Of a stretch of DNA of 64,000 nucleotides, positions 25,167 through 37,972 are shown one piece after another. The notes beneath the pieces are model-generated. The model saw only the letters and a program-made list of their open reading frames with translations, had not been told where the DNA came from and made no database searches. The stretch comes from Felis catus. Lineage: Eukaryota. A program made the translations under genes and the position numbers. Position 1 is the first letter of the stretch. Each line of letters opens with the position of its first letter. The DNA is taken from the NCBI RefSeq assembly GCF_018350175.1, contig NC_058368.1, positions 194,186,001-194,250,000 on the forward strand, read 5' to 3'.

Positions 25167-25330
25167 TTTATTTATTTTTTTTTGGGGGGGGGGCTTTATT
25201 TTTTTTCAATATATGAAATTTATTGTCAAATTGGTTTCCATACAACACCCAGTGCTCATCCCAAAAGGTGCCCTCCTCAATACCCATCACCCACCCTCCC
25301 CTCCCTCCCACCCCCCATCAACCCTCAGTT
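25167..25330 (-). mobile_element. Very short (164 bp) young felid L1 3'-end insertion
   Basis: caatatatgaaatttattgtcaaattggtttccatacaacacccagtgctcatccc. Perfect 16-bp TSD ttagaaacaacattta (25151-25166 / 25331-25346). Confidence 0.95.
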
Positions 25331-27237
25331 TTAGAAACAACATTTAATTGGATCATGATTCCTTTTATTTTGTTATTCTCTGCCTCTTGAGAAACTTAAT
25401 AAATTTAATACATTTAAATTTGATGGGATTACAAATAAGATAGGATTTACATATGCCATTTTTCTATTTATTTTGCATGTCCTGTGTCTGTTGGGTCTCC
25501 TCTTGCACTATTTGTATTAAATAGATATTTCTAGTTTTCAAATATGTTCTCTTTACTGTTTCTTTTACTGTATAATCAAGTTATTTTCTTTGTGGTTTTG
25601 CTGAGGATTACACTTATGATGTTAGTTTAATTTCAATATTATGTACAAGTTTTGCTCATATATAGCTTTATCCCCCGCCTTTGTGCTGCTATTATTATGC
25701 AAATTACTTCTTTACACATAGTATGGCCATCAGTATGGATTAATAACTATTGCTTAGGCAGTTTTTTTTTTTCAAATCAGACAGGAGATAAAAGAGTTAC
25801 AAACAAAAATATGTGTATACTTTCCTTTATATTATTTCACATAGTTACCTTTACCAGGGCTCATTAGAGTTACTTTCTACAGTACCTTCTCTTCGTCATG
25901 AAGTGTATTTTTTATAGGACAGGTAAAGTTGGTGATGAATGCTCTTAGTTTCTGTTCATCTGGAAAGGTCTAAAGCTCTCCGTACTTTTTTGGAGGATGA
26001 TTTGGCAGGATATAGAATTCTTGGTTGGCACTTTTTTTTTTCCTTTTAGCATTTTGATTTTGTCATCCACTGCCTTGTATTCTCAATAGTTTCTAATGAG
26101 AAATCAGCTGTAATTCTTATTGAAGCTCATTTGTACATTCTCTTTTAAGATTCTTTCACTTTTGACAGTTCAATTATTATGAGTTTGAGCTTATATCTCT
26201 TTGAATCTATCCTTCTTAGAGTTCATTAAACTTCATAGATATGTTTTTAACCATTGTTTCTTCAAATAAGTCTAATGTCTGGGCTTCTTCAAGGACAATC
26301 TTTGTCAAATACTCTTCTGGATATGGGCCACAGCTTCTTATATCTCTGCATGTCTCATTTTTTTTTAACTGAACATTTTAAATAGTGTATCAACTCTGGA
26401 AATCATATTCTACTCTCCGAGTTTGTTGCTGTTTGCTTAGTGACTTTTCTGAGTTAACTGTTGTGTAGCCACTCAGGTCTGTGCTCAATTAGATAGAAAT
26501 TTCCTCAGATTCTTAGAAACTGTATGTCTTCCAGTAGTTTCTCAGGAGTTGTATGTGCATGTTGGGGCACACATTTACCATTATGCTAGGCAGTTAATAA
26601 TCCTGACATAGCCTTTCTTTTCCTGAGAGTGTACGGCTTTCTCAGGTGTTTCCTGAGCATTTACATAGTCCTGAGTATGAACACAGCCCCAAGTCTTTCT
26701 AGATTCTATGGAATATATTATATCAGCACTGCCTAAAGCCTTCTTTGGACATCTCTTTCCTGGATTTTCTTGTAAGCTTTTTGGTTAGATTCTTATTTGC
26801 CCCCGACCTTTATTTATTGAGCTCCATGTTAGATCAAGTAAAGATAGTCTTGCTAATGGCATCTTCCAGGAAATAACTAAACAGGTAAATAATGATAAGT
26901 TGTCAGGGATTCTGAACGAATCCAAATTCCATTCTGCTCCCTTTAGTGGTTGTCAGGCTACTGGTTTTCAAGGCCACTGTAGTGCTGGAGAGGGTTTGCA
27001 AATAGGACCAGTTAAAATGCCTTAACATTGTTCTTATCTAGACTTAGTTTTTCTTGAACATTCCTAAGGTTTCTATAATATTTTGATCAATTTCCAGAGT
27101 TCTGGAAAAGTTTATTCTGACAATTTATGCCAGTGTTGCTTTTCTAAGAGGAGTGTTCTTGTTGCTTTTATGGAGGAGAGAATTATCAGACATCCTCACT
27201 CTGCCATTTTTACTGATGTCCCTAGTCTTTCACTTTT

Positions 27238-27455
27238 TTTAAAAAAATTTTTAATGTTTATTTATTTTTGAGAGAGAGAGAGAGAGTGCAAGCAGGGGAA
27301 GGGCAGAGAGAGAGAAGAAGACAAAGAATCTGAAACAGGCTCCAGGCTCCGAGCTGTCAGCACAGAGCCCAATGCAGGGCTTGAACTCATGAACTGCGAG
27401 ATCATGACCTGAGCTGAAGTTGGACCCTTAACCAACTGAGCCACCCAGGTGCCCT
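27238..27455 (-). mobile_element. CanSINE
   Basis: TSD cctagtctttcactttt (27221-27237) / cctagtcgttcactttt (27456-27472). Confidence 0.96.
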
Positions 27456-27599
27456 CCTAGTCGTTCACTTTTAATATATTTCTAGGGCACCAATGAAACT
27501 AAGTATGCATATAATGATAACACAAAATATAATCTCCTTTACTGAGAGCATAGATTTAGATTACTGTGGGCTCAACAAAATGATGAAATCTGGTTACAA

Positions 27600-28300
27600 A
27601 ATGGAATGAGCTGGAGAAATTGGAGATGGTGCTTGGTGAATAAAATGATTAAAAATGAAATGTTAGATTGTGATTATTGTTGGTCATAAGGTTTAAGGAA
27701 TGGATAGGAGGTGGAAATTGAAGAAGGAACAGTTTGGGAATTGAAAGGCCAGGAGGTTGAAAGTTTACTTCACTAAAAATCCAGGAGAAAGGTTAAATAG
27801 GGAAAAGCAGTGAACCAATTTTTTTTTAAAGAATGAAGAGTAGTGACAGATTCATCTGACAATTGCATTAAGGAGGGAGTAATATGTATTTGAGCCTAAT
27901 AATGAGTTTCAAGTGGGAGTTTTAGGGAGAAAAAAATAAAGAGTCTGGAAATAGCAATGAAGAGGGAGGAGGACACCTTCACCTCAGGCCTCTGGTAGGA
28001 GAGGTGTGGGGAGAAAAAACACACCATGAGTAGGATTCAGAGGTAGCAGTGTCCTCAGGGGAAATCCAGCAGGTTTCTATCAGAGAAAGAAGGTGATGCA
28101 CATTTCTTAAAGACATTGAGGGTATAGGAAATTTGTGGGAGGAGCCCACAGAACAGTTAGATGGTTGCAGGATATGGGGGAGGGGTAGAAACTGGAATTA
28201 GCATTATTGATATAAAGAGTTTTGTGGGTATTAGTGACTGAAGGAAAATGGATTCCCACAGAGTCCTAGGTTTATTGTGGGGACAGCTGTCACCAGGCAA
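27600..28300 (-). mobile_element. L2 internal (endonuclease-region) fragment
   Basis: gtctggaaatagcaatgaagagggaggaggacacc...gcagtgtcctcaggggaaatccagc matches recalled L2 5' ORF2 sequence. Confidence 0.7.
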
Positions 28301-29070
28301 TGTGATGGAAGTGGATGGAGAGTGATAGTTTCCTAGGGATAGGAAGAGATCTAGGGTTCAGGTTTCATGTTTGCTGAAGGCAGGGTCTGGCTGAAGTACC
28401 TCTTAATGATTGTACAACTCTTGCCCTGTGATGATGGAGGCACCAATCCCTCTTTGCCCACAAATTCCTATTCCCGTGTCTGTTTTAGAATAAGAACCAA
28501 TACAGAATCTTTACTGACCAGATATAAGCTCTCCTTTCTCTAAACTGGACTTGCAATCAGTATTTCTTTTTGTTCATTTTCTGCATATAAGAACAGATCT
28601 CTTAAAAAAAAAAAAAAGATCTCTTTAACGGTATTTCAGACTTCTGAAGTACAGAGGGCAGCCTTAACTAAGAAATTTCTTAAACTTAATTACCACTCAC
28701 CATCTGGTCCAGAAGGACTGGACCCTTTCTTCTGCTTCCATACATACATAATGTGCTAGTACAATGAATGACAGTTTCCTATGGGTATACCCAGATTTTT
28801 ATGAAACCTCAATAACTAGTATAACCCTCTGATCACATCTTATAAGTGCTATGGAAATTGGCACAACTATTAATTACAAACAGTAATCATTCCCTGCTAA
28901 AGACTTGTGGCATGGATAGTGTCCATTAATAGTAATTCTCAACATCTTAGCTGTGACTGTATGCCTTTCTCTCCCTGTTTATGAAGGATATCATAGTAAG
29001 ATTGGAATAATTTCAGTGATAATATTTTAATCCACTCTAATGTTTAAATCACGTTTAATTTCAGTACTTT

Positions 29071-29294
29071 GGGGCACTGGGTGGCTCAGTTGGTTAAGCG
29101 TCCAACTTTGGCTCAGCTCATGATCTCACAGTTTGTGGGTTCAAGCCCTTGCAGTGGGCTCTGTGCAGACATCTCAGAGCCTGGAGCCTGCTTTGGATTC
29201 TGTGTCTCCTTCTCTCTCTGCCCCTCCCCTGTTTGTGCTCTGTCTCACTCTGTCTCTCTCAGAAATAAATACATGTTTAAAAAAATTTTTTTTT
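29071..29294 (+). mobile_element. CanSINE
   Basis: SINE structure. TSD aatttcagtacttt / aattttcagtacttt. Confidence 0.95.
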
Positions 29295-29539
29295 AATTTT
29301 CAGTACTTTACTATGAGGGAAGATTATTCAGAACCCATCTCACAATTGTTTGAGAAAAACTGCACTTGGAAAGTTTGGGGGATATATCTGAGTGCCTACA
29401 GATGATGTTTTGCATTTGTGACCTGTCCTAGTTATTATCAGTAATCTAAATTCTTTAGGCAGTGAATTAAACATATCCCATCATACCTTATGAGTGTCCA
29501 ATGAAAAAATCTTCTTCTATTACAGTAGGTATGTAAATT

Positions 29540-29975
29540 CATCAGGTTTGTATTCTGGTTTTAACACATAGCTTTATGATATTTCAGTCAGTTAATTAGT
29601 CTCTGTCCTCAGTTTCCACATCTTTAAAATAAGCATAATAGGGGCACCTGGGTGGCTCAGTTGGTTGAGCGTCTGACTTTGGCTCAGGTCATGATCTCAC
29701 AGTCTGTGGGTTCGAGCCCCACGTCAGGCTCTGTGCTGACAGCTCAGAGCGTAGAGCCTGTTTCCAATCCTGTGTCTCCCTCTCTCTCTCTGCCCCTCCC
29801 CCAGTCTTATTTTGTCTCACTCTGTCTCTCAAAAATAAATAAATATAAAAAAATAAAATAAAAAATAAAATAAGAATAGTACATACATCATAGTTTTATT
29901 GTGAGGTTTGAGCTAATACATGTAAAGTGCTTAGTGCCTAGTCCTAGGTAAGTGCTCAATAAATGTTAGTTGCTA
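29540..29975 (+). mobile_element. MIR split by a CanSINE
   Basis: ctctgtcctcagtttccacatctttaaaat...[SINE]...gtgaggtttgagctaatacatgtaaagtgctt...taagtgctcaataaatgttag. Confidence 0.8.
29641..29866 (+). mobile_element. CanSINE
   Basis: TSD aaaataagcataata / aaaataagaatagta. Confidence 0.95.
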
Positions 29976-30144
29976 GTCTAAATGTATAAATACTTCTATG
30001 CTCACGGGTTATTTTATGATATGTTGTCTCAATATAATGGCGCTAAGAGGTATTTCATAGGGTACAATATGTATTTAAAGTTGCTTTCTTTAGAAATGGA
30101 AGGGTTTTCAGCATTTTCCATAGTATGTCTTTGATTCCCCCCCC

Positions 30145-30395
30145 GTTTTATTGAGATATATAACGTATGTCAATTAAAAGTTTAAGGTTTGTAGTGTGAG
30201 GATTTGATACATATATATTGCAAAATGTTTACCACAGTAAGATTAGTTAACAAATAATTACCATTTTGTTGTTACTGCTTTCTCATAGCAAGTTATGAGT
30301 GTACAATACCATATTACTAACTATAGTCACCATGCTGTACCTTAGATCCTTGGAACCTATAAGTGAAAGTTTATACGCTTTGACTACCTCTTCAA
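30145..30395 (-). mobile_element. L1MA9-like 3'UTR fragment
   Basis: ttttattgagatata...actatagtcaccatgctgtac...aagtgaaagtttatac. Confidence 0.75.
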
Positions 30396-30439
30396 TCTCT
30401 CTTAGTAAAACAGCAGTGTAATTGATTGTTATTATTACT

Positions 30440-30690
30440 GCCACTTGTATGGTGTTATTTTAAGTCCTACAACAGACCCTGGTCTAAGTACTTTGTGTAT
30501 ATTGACTTATTGAATCTTTACAATAAATAACCTTCTCAGATAAGTAATATTATTACCTTCATTTTGTGGATAAGAAATGAGGCCCCAGAGATGTGTTAGA
30601 TGTATTATTACCCAAGTAATAAGTGCCAGAAGTGGAATCCATACCCAAGCCTTCTGGCTTCAGATCTGTACACATAACCCCTACACTCTG
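30440..30690 (-). mobile_element. MIR
   Basis: ttattaccttcattttgtggataagaaatgaggccccagag core. Confidence 0.75.
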
Positions 30691-30814
30691 TCTCCCAAGT
30701 AAATGAAAACATTACAAAGGATCCTATAACAGCCACCATTTCTAACACTAATTCAGACAGCACACCAACCCACTTGAAAGATGGATCTGTGTCTACCATG
30801 TCATTTCCACCACT

Positions 30815-32420
30815 GTCATTCACTCATCTGTTTATTCATTTATTCAACATACAGTCGCTCAGTGATGTTTCCAGCACCATCCTAACCTCAGGGATACAGT
30901 AGTAAAGAAAATAGACAAAACCACTGCTTTGAAGTAATTTTCCTTCTAGTTAAGGGGAGCAAACAGTAAAGATAATGCAGAAATAAATTATGTATTATGT
31001 CCAAGAATAATAAACGGTACTAAGAAAATAACACAAGGGGAAGAGATTTGTATGCATGCATGCATAAAATGCATCCATTTTAAGTAAAGAACTTAGAGCA
31101 TCGGTGAGAAGGAGGCATTTGAACAAAGACCTAAAGGATGAAATGGAAGCAAGCCATATGTATATTTGAAGAAAGAGCATTCCAAGCAGAAGAACAGCTA
31201 AGATGCCCACCAAGAAAGCCAGTTATGTTAAATCAGAGTGATTCAGAGATGAGACTTAGAGGTGAGGGGAGGAGATAGGATGTGTCTTGTAAGTCCTTAT
31301 AAGCCTTTGTAAGAACTTTGTGTTTTCTGAATTAGATGGGGAGCCATTGAAGTGTTTTAAGCAAAGGAGTGACATGAACTGACTGGCAGATTTAAAGTAT
31401 CATATGACTGATGTATTGAGACTAGGATGCAGGAGGCAAGGGTGGAAGCAAACAGGTGTCTAGGAGGCAATTGCAATGTTCCCAATGTTCCCAGTAAAAT
31501 GTTATAGTAACATTGATCAGCTAATGTTATGCTAACATTATTAGTGTAGGTGGTGAGTACAGTAAGGGCATAGGTATACACTGAAAATGAAGCCAATAGG
31601 ATTTTCTGAAAGATCAGATGTGAGACATGAAAGAACTAGAAGAATCAAAGATGACTTCATGGTTTTGGCTTGGCTGAGTGCAAGGATGGAGTTGTCATCA
31701 ACAGAGATGTGGATGATTATAGATGGGTCAGATTTGACCAGCAATCGTGGTGGTAGGGTGTCACCAGATAAGATTGAGATATACTGAGTTTCAGATGGCT
31801 ATTCAAATGAATATAGTAAAAGGAATATGTAATCAGGAGGGTTTCATTCTCAAAATACAAATTCTAGAGGCATTCGCACAAGGGAGTGAGTACAGACAGA
31901 AAAGTCCTAGGAACAAGCTCTATTACTTCATTATGAAAATTTCAGCGAGATCAATAGAAACAAGCAAGGGAGAGATAATGTGGAGAAATAGTTAAGAAGG
32001 AAGAAAACCAAGATTATGTATTTTTGGTAGCCAAATGTGGAAAATGTCTTAAGTAAGAGGGAGTAATCAAGTGTCATAAGCTACAAGGTACAGGTGACTG
32101 TTAGAGCAATAGTGGCTGAAGTGGTGGGATAGAAGTCTAATTAGAATAGGTCCAGGTGAGAACTGGAAACAGTAAGTATAAATAAGTCTTTGACTAGTTT
32201 TTCCGCAGAGTGGAGAAATGGGGTAATAACTGTAAGGGAAAATGAGATCAGCAGAGGTTCTTTAAAATGGGAGGAATGACAGTATTTGCCTATGCTGGTA
32301 GAAAAGATCCGTTAGTCAAAGGGAAAATATCTCAGGAGAGAGTGAGGGAGAATTGTTGGACCTATGTCCTTATTAGCAAGAACAGATATGGTCTAGTGCA
32401 ATGGTGAACGATGGAATACA
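30815..32420 (-). mobile_element. L2 (L2a-like) ~1.6 kb fragment
   Basis: ttcatttattcaac terminus. Continuous L2-like motifs (ggcatttgaacaaagacctaaagg; gggagccattgaagtgttttaagca; agaagaatcaaagatgacttc). Confidence 0.85.
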
Positions 32421-34719
32421 GATGGCTCCCTTCAGGAAAGGAGATCCTGGCTCCTGGGATCAAATCTCCACTCAGACATGCCCTCCCTAGACACCTGTGA
32501 GTATGTTATTTAACACCTCTAAACCCTTGTAGGTCTTAAAAAATACTCAGAATAGGGCTCAATGAGCTGCTATTATTTTAAGACAAAATAATGCTTACCA
32601 ATTTTGTTAACAACAAAAGGGAAACTTTCAGCAGACCTCCTGGATTAATTGTCTACAGCATGCTTTTCTAAAATTTAAGTTAATACTTGTCCCTCTGCCA
32701 CATTTTTCAATGGCACACAAATTTGTGTATTTTGTACACATTTTGCCTCGTACATGACATGGACTGCTCATGAAGGTAATTATCCCAGCAAACTAAGCTG
32801 CATGAAAAGATAAACTGCTTAGTGGATTAAAATTGCATATTTTATATAACCCAGTGGCATAAACATCCTCGTTCCGCTTATTGTGAGTCTCATAAATCTC
32901 CCCAGGACATCTACTGTTACTGCTTTTTAGCTTTTCCTTCATCACCTTCTTTTCTCTGGTGGTGGGGAAACAGACTCAGAAAACATATCCTCTGGTATCA
33001 CTGTTGCTGGTCTCCAGGAGATGAGCTATGATGACACCCACCTCTTACAGAGACACAGGGGTTGTGACAATTTAATAGACTAGAAAAATAATTGAGAGAG
33101 AAAACCAACAATTCTTCCCTCCCTCTGGAGGAAGAAGATGGGGTTTCATTAAGGGCTCAGATGCTCAGGACCAGTTGGCTGTTATTACAAGGGCTTTCTA
33201 TTGGCAACTTCTTGGACCAGTGTTAATAAAAGAGCCAAGTAGCTTAGTGAGCTAAATCAGAGCCATGTGTCACTGCAGCAACATCTTTAGCTTTGCTGAA
33301 CCTATAATATTGCTGCTTCTACACTTGCCCTGGCAGTTTTGCAACAGAAATGGGAGAATCATTTGGGGAAGAGTGTGCTGATCAGATTTTCTATATGATT
33401 GCTGGACAAAATAGGAGAAAAATGGAATTAAGTGAGGCAAGAGAGAATGCAGTCAGAAATGTAGAAAGAATGGATATAATCATTAAGTCAACCACAAAAG
33501 GTCTAAAGTCTCTCCCCGGGGATCTTGCACTCCTCAGTTTCAGAATGAGCAGAGTTTCACCCTCTTGAAGGCTGGGGATAGACAAGGAGACTTGGGAAAA
33601 TTTGCTTTCAGTTCTAGGATTCCTTATTCTAAACTTTTGACAGTGTGGCCCATGGCCCACCTTAGCCACTCCCCAGTGTATTTGGAATATTGAATTCTAA
33701 AAGATTTCACATTTTCTTCACTCTCTCTGTTGACTTGAGGTTGCTGCATTTCCCTGTCACCTTATTTCACTTCAGCACCTACAGTGACTAGCTCGTCATA
33801 GGTACTCAACAAGTACTTCCTGAATGCTAAAGTCTTGACACAGACTCAGTAATTTTGTTACAAAAACTAACACTTGTAAAAGCCCTAAACCCCACTATGA
33901 GTTTACGTAATCAATTCCCTCCTAGCTAGACTGGAAATGTCTGTGACTCTAATCTCCCTAAGTAGATTATCTATACTCCTCATACTCAGAACAGAACCTT
34001 GCCCATCATAGTTACCAAGGGAGTACTGATTGACCACCTGACTCTATAAAAGTTGTGGAGGCACGAGACTATGCAAATGAGAAGGAAGAGCCCAGAAGAG
34101 TATCATTAGATGAAAGAATGTCTTCAGACTTGGTCAGTGTGTTTGCAGTCCAAACAGGTTATCAGCCCTGTCTAAAATGGCAAATCTTTCCTCAGGCAGA
34201 GCACCCCTGCATCCCTCCCCACCCCCACTTGCACCTATTCATCACTGAGCTCCATGAAACAAACTCTGACCAACTGTATGACATGAAGAAGAGGCCATCT
34301 GAGATCACTCCAGATTTGAAAGCTGAATAGAAGAGTAATGGGGGAGGGGTCTGGGGCGTTGGCACTGGAAACTGTGTTCCCAGAGCTACTAAGAAGGCTG
34401 CCGTTGTCATTTGGAAAAGAAAATGGAATTGTTTGTTCTGTTCCAGAAGGAAGAGTTAAGAGGTAGAACCGATAAGAACACAAATCATAGTCTAATATAA
34501 CAAATCTGCAGAAATTTAAGGCTGCTTTGTAACACAGTGAACTCTTCTAAGGAATTGTCAGACAAGGTCTAGGCGACTATCAAGAATACCAGAGAAGGGA
34601 ATTCTGAGTTGGGGGAGTCATCAGTTAAGACCTGTAAGTTTCCTCTAAATTTGAAAAAAAAAGTGTTTAAAAAATATACAAATCTATGATAAATTAATAA
34701 GTAAAAACTGTTATAATAT

Positions 34720-34945
34720 TTCTCATAGTTACTTAATACGTGCCAGGAACTATGCTAGCCCTTTACATGAATTAACATCATCCTTCTAACAGCCTTATGG
34801 ATTAGGCAATATCCTTAGTGCCATTTTAAAGACGAGGATTGTAGTTCAGGTAACTTCTACAAGGTCACCTAGTAGAAAAGTATCAGAGCTGAGATTGAAA
34901 CCCAGGCAGTCTGACTCCAGAGGCTGTATCGTTAACCACCACACT
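34720..34945 (-). mobile_element. MIR
   Basis: tacgtgccaggaactatgctag...aaggtcac...cagagctgagattgaaacccaggcagtctgactccagagg. Confidence 0.8.
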
Positions 34946-37539
34946 TCCTACGAAAGAAAATAATTAGTTCTTATGAACAGTGAAGCTCTTTTATATTAGA
35001 CAACTCAAAAACCCTTGCCTAAGAGTGGATATTTTAGCCAGCACCTGGAGAGTAAAAGCTGGATAGCTGTGGAGCAGAAGTAAAAGCCTTCTAGGATCAG
35101 GGAATGCCACATGACACTAGAAGAGCGCCTGGAAGAGAGAGTGCTGTGCTTCCAAATAGCCAGAAGGAGAGAGCTGTCATAGGAACATATTTAGGGAAAA
35201 AAGAGATTCACAGTAAGGCCAGAGTTCTGGGCTGGGGTCAAGTCAGCACATAGGCTTTGCTTAAGGACTTTGGATTATAACCACTACGGTGGGAAGGTCT
35301 ATGAAGTAGGCAAAATAGTATCATTAGACTGTTTTGTAGATGAAGGAGAGAGCCCAGTGAAGGGGAACAAATTTGCCAGGATCCTTGGAAGCTGTGTGAG
35401 TCAAAACCAGATTGAGAAGCTTCCTGTTATTACCAAAAGCTGTTGTGATGCAGGGTTGTTACTGTGCTATAATATAACCAAGCAAAAGCAGAGCTGGACC
35501 AGCAGGAGGAGTCACAGAAGAGCTGCAGGGGTGGAGAAGGCTAAAAGGCCCTAAGGAAGTGTAGGGTAAGATAGGATGGAATCCCAAAAGGCTGAGGTTT
35601 CCCATCAAAGGAGTGAGTGGCACAAGAGGAAACTGAAGAATGCGTCTGTGACCAGATCATGCAGGGTCCTGTACATACATTAAGAATTTTAGATTTAATC
35701 CTAAAGGTATTAGAAAGCCAAGGGTCAACAAGATAATGTTTTTGAAGATGAGAGTTTTACTCTACAACCCTGTAAAGTATTAACAGATATACTTTTGCAT
35801 TGAAAATAAAAGAAACCTTACCCTAGAACATTCAAAGTTGGAGGCATCACAACACCTCACTCCTAGCTTGTCCAGCATAAGGAAAAAAAAAAGATCTTCT
35901 ATGTAGATACATCATTATCACATTTAACCAAATAAACAAATAATATTTTAAAAAATTTTAATACTGTTGTGGGGGGTGCTTTTTTGGAATGAATAAAAGA
36001 CTGGGCTTCACAGAAAAGAAAACTCTATCGAAAGAAAGAGAGAGAGAGAGAGAGAAAGAAAGAAAGAATTAAAGCCCTCTTTCTTGGTGAGAAGACATAT
36101 ACATGTCACAAACTGTTGATTTACCATTTACAGAGATGGGCTCATAAATGCTGTTTCTGACCTCTAGCTCAGTCCAACACCGTTGCTCTATGTGCCACTG
36201 AGAAAACGTGGGGATTTTCCCTTGCTTATAAGGGCAACTAGGGAATCGACATAGGCCACATTCTACCAAAAATTGCTGCCTCTCCAGCTAATTCTTTTTT
36301 AATATAGCAGTCTGTAGTATAGCATGTTTCATCTCTGTCAACACTCTAGCTAGAGTTTCATATGGCATGGTTAATTCCCTGGCATCCATCTTACCTCTGT
36401 AACAAGTGGCTAAGCTCAGACGTAATTTAGGGTCCTGGACCTAGTCATGAGGCACCGTTCAAAGCCAGTATTTTAACCATAGGCCCAATGGGAATATTGC
36501 TTATGACAGTTTAATACAACTGCAGTATTACAGCAATTTATTTTTAGACACCTGCACCAATGCCCTCTCTTTCCACTTCTCAAAATGCCACAGTGAGATA
36601 TCATGGTATATGAAAAGAATCAACCATTGCTGTACAACCTACAGGTTGCAGTAAATGTCAGTTTAACATAATAATTCATATGCATTTCAAAATATACGTT
36701 GGTTTAGAGCTTCTCTACCTTCCAGTAGCCCAGAGAATAAATTCAAAACAACTTAATCAAGAATTCTAGACTCTCCATCATCTATCCTCATGCCCTCTAT
36801 CTGTTCATTATCTCTTTTGAATTCCAGACCGGTATTTCTAACTCCTCGTGGATCAACACCCAGCACTTGTGTTGGAAGGTGGTTAGTTAATTGGACATCT
36901 TCCCACTGTGAATGTCCTATAAGAGGATCAAATTCAGTAGGGGGATATTTGGTTTCAAGTGCAATAATTGATTGCCTTCCTCCCCATCAAGTTCAGAACC
37001 GTTGAAGAAAAAAAAATGGAGGAGGAAGATGAGGCTCAAAATATTAGCACCTTCCTAGTTAAGCTGGAAAGGAGAAAGAGTCCTGGGGCTGATTCCAAAG
37101 TAGGATTTGTAACCCCCTCATACATCCCAAATTATATTTGGCAGTCCCATGCCAAGTAGCACAAACATTGCCAGCTGCTTCAACAACTCTAATATGCTTG
37201 GGTTAAAGTCAAGCCTGAGCCTGCCATAGGAGAAGTATCACATTGAGAACAGGCAATGCTGTGTGTCTGTGTGTGTGGTGTGCAGATCTCAAAAAGCAAA
37301 TCAAAAAGGGAGTTGAGTAAGCATTTCCCAAGTGTCTTTTACTATCTCAACAAGAAGTCAGATGATTTTTTCTTTTTGAAGGGAGAATATAATGAGAGGA
37401 AGGAAAGAAGGATAGGAACTTTTCCCCTGGACATATCCCTAAGTTTCTATGTTAAAAGCCAGCAGGAATACAGAGAAATGGAGAAAATGTTCCTCTTGTA
37501 CAGCCCTAAAGTAGTCCCAGTTTGCATATTTCTTCTCTG

Positions 37540-37972
37540 CTTAATATTATCACCCCTTACCTCAGACCTCAGAGGCTAGAAGCCTGGAAGTTCATTTCAA
37601 ACTCTCCTTCAGCCCACACATCCAAGTGAATTTCTGGGTTTTAGAGATTTTTACCTCTGAAATTTTCTTCATGTCCTTCTTGCCCTGTACCTCCATTGTT
37701 ACAAAATATCTTGCAGTCCTCATCCTCTCCCTTCTGGACACCCGAATCCATTCCCCTGGCACAGTAGTTCAGAACATGAGCCCTGAATCAAATTTCCTGA
37801 GTTCAGAGTCTAGCACTAGCTGGGTGACCTGACCTTAGGAACATTATCTAACCTCTCTAAACCCTAGTTTCCTTTAAGTGGAGAAAGCAGTACTTACCAC
37901 ATAATTGCAGTGATGATTAAATGAGAATGTAAATAAAATCCTTAGAAGAGGGCCAACCACATGGTAAATTCG
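37540..37972 (+). mobile_element. L2 fragment (~37540-37745) followed by MIR (~37760-37972)
   Basis: cagcccacacatccaa...catcctctcccttctggac (L2). gtagttcagaacatgagccctgaatcaaatttcctgagttc...aacctctctaaaccctagtttcc (MIR). Confidence 0.65.

Larger units (their letters stand above)
23180..27220 (-). mobile_element. Ancient eutherian L1M element (L1MB-like 3' end) running from 3'UTR to 5' end, with ~2 kb of ORF2 missing and three nested insertions
   Basis: 3'UTR and ORF2 end at 23180-23920, EN region 23930-25450, ORF1 remnant ~25900-26250 (aaatcagctgtaattcttattg), 5' end on minus strand gacatcagtaaaaatggcagagtgagga at 27220. Confidence 0.8.

Noticed and set aside
31473..31492. caatgttcc tandem duplication
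   Set aside because: Ordinary 9-bp slippage duplication within L2
34055..34330. 91-aa ORF with protein-like composition
   Set aside because: GTG start, no recognisable homology, no convincing splice sites; its length is within chance expectation
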